Shown here: positions 62,001-64,000 of the stretch, one piece after another | Layout of the letters: each line of letters begins with the position of its first letter | Position numbering within the stretch: position 1 is the first letter of the stretch | DNA from: Octopus vulgaris | Taxonomy: Eukaryota | Assembly: GCA_951406725.2 (NCBI GenBank) | Contig: OX597819.1 | Location: 108,748,001-108,812,000 of the forward strand | Length of the DNA stretch: 64,000 bases | Reading direction: 5' to 3' | Program-made: the position numbers and the translations under genes | Notes under the pieces: model-generated | The model's database searches: none | What the model was told of the DNA's origin: nothing | Seen by the model: the letters and a program-made list of their open reading frames with translations, nothing else

Positions 62001-64000
62001 TCCCAAATTTTCAACTTTTCAGCCAGTGAGCCACCATCATGCTTGACTACCAAATCTATTCCTCTAAGGTGGAAAGCTGCCAGAATTGTTAGCACACTGG
62101 ACAAAATGCTTAACAGTATTTCATCCATCATTGTGTTTGAGGTTGACTTTACCATTCATCATTTCAGACCTTGTGTCTAGAGCGGAAAGGATTATTATTA
62201 ATTCCACTAGATAGTCAATAAATACATAATACTAAGCTACAAATAGTAGTGTTTAGTCTTGATGTGTAAATCAGAAACATTATCATCATCAGAGCAGAAA
62301 TTTATAAGTGGATGTGATCAAATCAATACCAGCATATTACTTGTATATATTTTATTGACCCTAGAACAGTGATTCTCAAATTCTGAAGCCTGGAAAAATG
62401 CCTCATCTGCTATAGTTTATTTTTTTGTAAAATTTTAGTTTTTGTTAAATATAGATTTGTTTAAACTTTCCCATGCGAAGAATGCCTTCATATTTTTTAT
62501 GGATCTTCAGTATACTAGAAGTAAAAAATACTGAGAAACCCTGCTCCAGAAAGATGGAAGTTGACTTAAAATATGTCCAAAGTTGTCTCCCATATTTCCA
62601 GGAAATTATTTCTAATCGTTTTTTTTGGGGGGAGGGGGACACAATCACATCACAAAATGGACTTATTTTTAATAACTTTGGCACAAGACCATATTCTGAG
62701 GGATTGTCATTTGATCTCTCTACTTGACTGGTTTCATTGTCCTCATTTGAACTGGCAATATGTAGGGATACAATTAAATAATGGTACAAAGCCAGAAATT
62801 TCAGAGTAAGGTTAAGTTGATTACATCAATTGCAGAGTTCAGCTGGTACTTATTTTATTGATCCTGAAAGGGATGAAAGGCAAAGTCAACCTCAGCAGAA
62901 TTTGAACTTGGAATGTAAAGATGCATGAAATGCTCCCTTCTAACAATTCTGCCAGTTCACCACCTTGATGTAATTAAATATTGAGAAGTATTTTTGTCAG
63001 GCACTGTAACTGATTCTGCTGCACACCATGTTAAATGATTGCAATAATACAAATTTACAAGAGAGTATACAATGATATGAAATGCTACTTATTATATGTG
63101 AAGGCATATGGCTTAGTGGTTAGGGTGTTGCATTGGTCTTGAACAAATCACTTCATTTCATGTTGCTCTGTGATCACTTCACCACTGGTACGTGGTACAC
63201 CATGCATCTGTTCAGGCAATGTTGATTTGATGGAGGGAGTGAGTTCATAAATAGCACAAACATTTTGATCACTATAAAATCATTTTTGTAGGTTGTTCAG
63301 CAAAAAATTGCAAAACCATCTTTCTCAGACTATGATAGGCTACCACCACTTAATCATATGTCTATATAAAAGGGGTTAGTGGTAGAAACAATAGTACTAT
63401 CTCATTATATACCAGATAATTTTGCAGTCATTTTATTCCAGTACATAAAATGTAGTGGGATAGCCTAACAGACAAAGCATATTTTAATTCGATGTTCACA
63501 ACAGTATTTAAACCAAAGTATGTAAATTACAAGTATACAATTCATTTTAAAAATCTTAACATAAAATATTCTTTCTCAATCCTCCTATTCTTTGATTTGT
63601 GTCTGTAGATGTCATGTAATTTATATTTAAAATATTAATATACATTTAGGAGAATAAATAATTTTTCTTTCCTTTCAGGTCATATATCTCAATCGTTTTG
63701 TACTGGAACGGGTTCAACAAGATCCAATGGTTTGGAGGATGTCTCACTCCATGTGTTTGGTTTCAATAGCTGGATACTTATCCTAACAACAACCACTTTA
63801 CAATGCACTTCGTACTTCCTTAGTGGCACCAGCACTAATGAGTTAACTTTGTATTTTGAGCATTAATGTATAACTTGCAATTATATATATATTAATCTCA
63901 GAGAAATTCAAGAACGAAAAGTATTTTGTCCAATGTTCTAACATATCAGCTGCCTTCTATCAGTAATAATTTCTAATTTAGCCACAAGATCATAAATTTT

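Noticed and set aside
62367-62400. hAT TIR CAGTGATTCTCAAA
   Set aside because: No partner TIR or TSD found
63661-63720. Strong acceptor (tttcctttcag) as an exon start
   Set aside because: It is followed by decayed RTE 3'UTR-like sequence, with no clear frame or donor

Overview
Eukaryotic, AT-rich, intron- and repeat-dense animal DNA. The repeat content (RTE LINEs with (CAT)n tails, several tRNA-headed SINE families, long (TA)n/(CA)n tracts) suggests a coleoid cephalopod such as Octopus; this is an inference, not a database match. Two convergent protein-coding genes can be spliced by hand with consistent GT-AG phases. TTI1 (TELO2-interacting protein 1) is on the + strand, with 25 coding exons at 5276-35840 and about 1067 aa; its start exon was not found. 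LYPLAL1 (lysophospholipase-like 1) is on the - strand, with 5 exons at 51232-39620 and 235 aa. The rest is transposon-derived: a 5'-truncated RTE LINE, mariner, DD37D-like and pogo remnants, hAT and piggyBac-like MITEs, a non-autonomous Helitron and many SINEs. The most notable observations are: (1) two well-formed minimal hammerhead ribozymes of the Penelope type with unusually long stem-II inserts, plus decayed copies; (2) a C4HC3 PHD-like finger inside the RTE ORF just after the RT core; (3) conserved residues in both genes that differ from the human protein by one A>G, which are candidate A-to-I recoding sites; (4) a copy of TTI1 exon 21's splice sites with a replaced, stop-containing interior; (5) a hierarchical tandem array built from a LINE 3'UTR; (6) several long intronic hairpins. 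Comparisons to human proteins are from memory and need checking by alignment.
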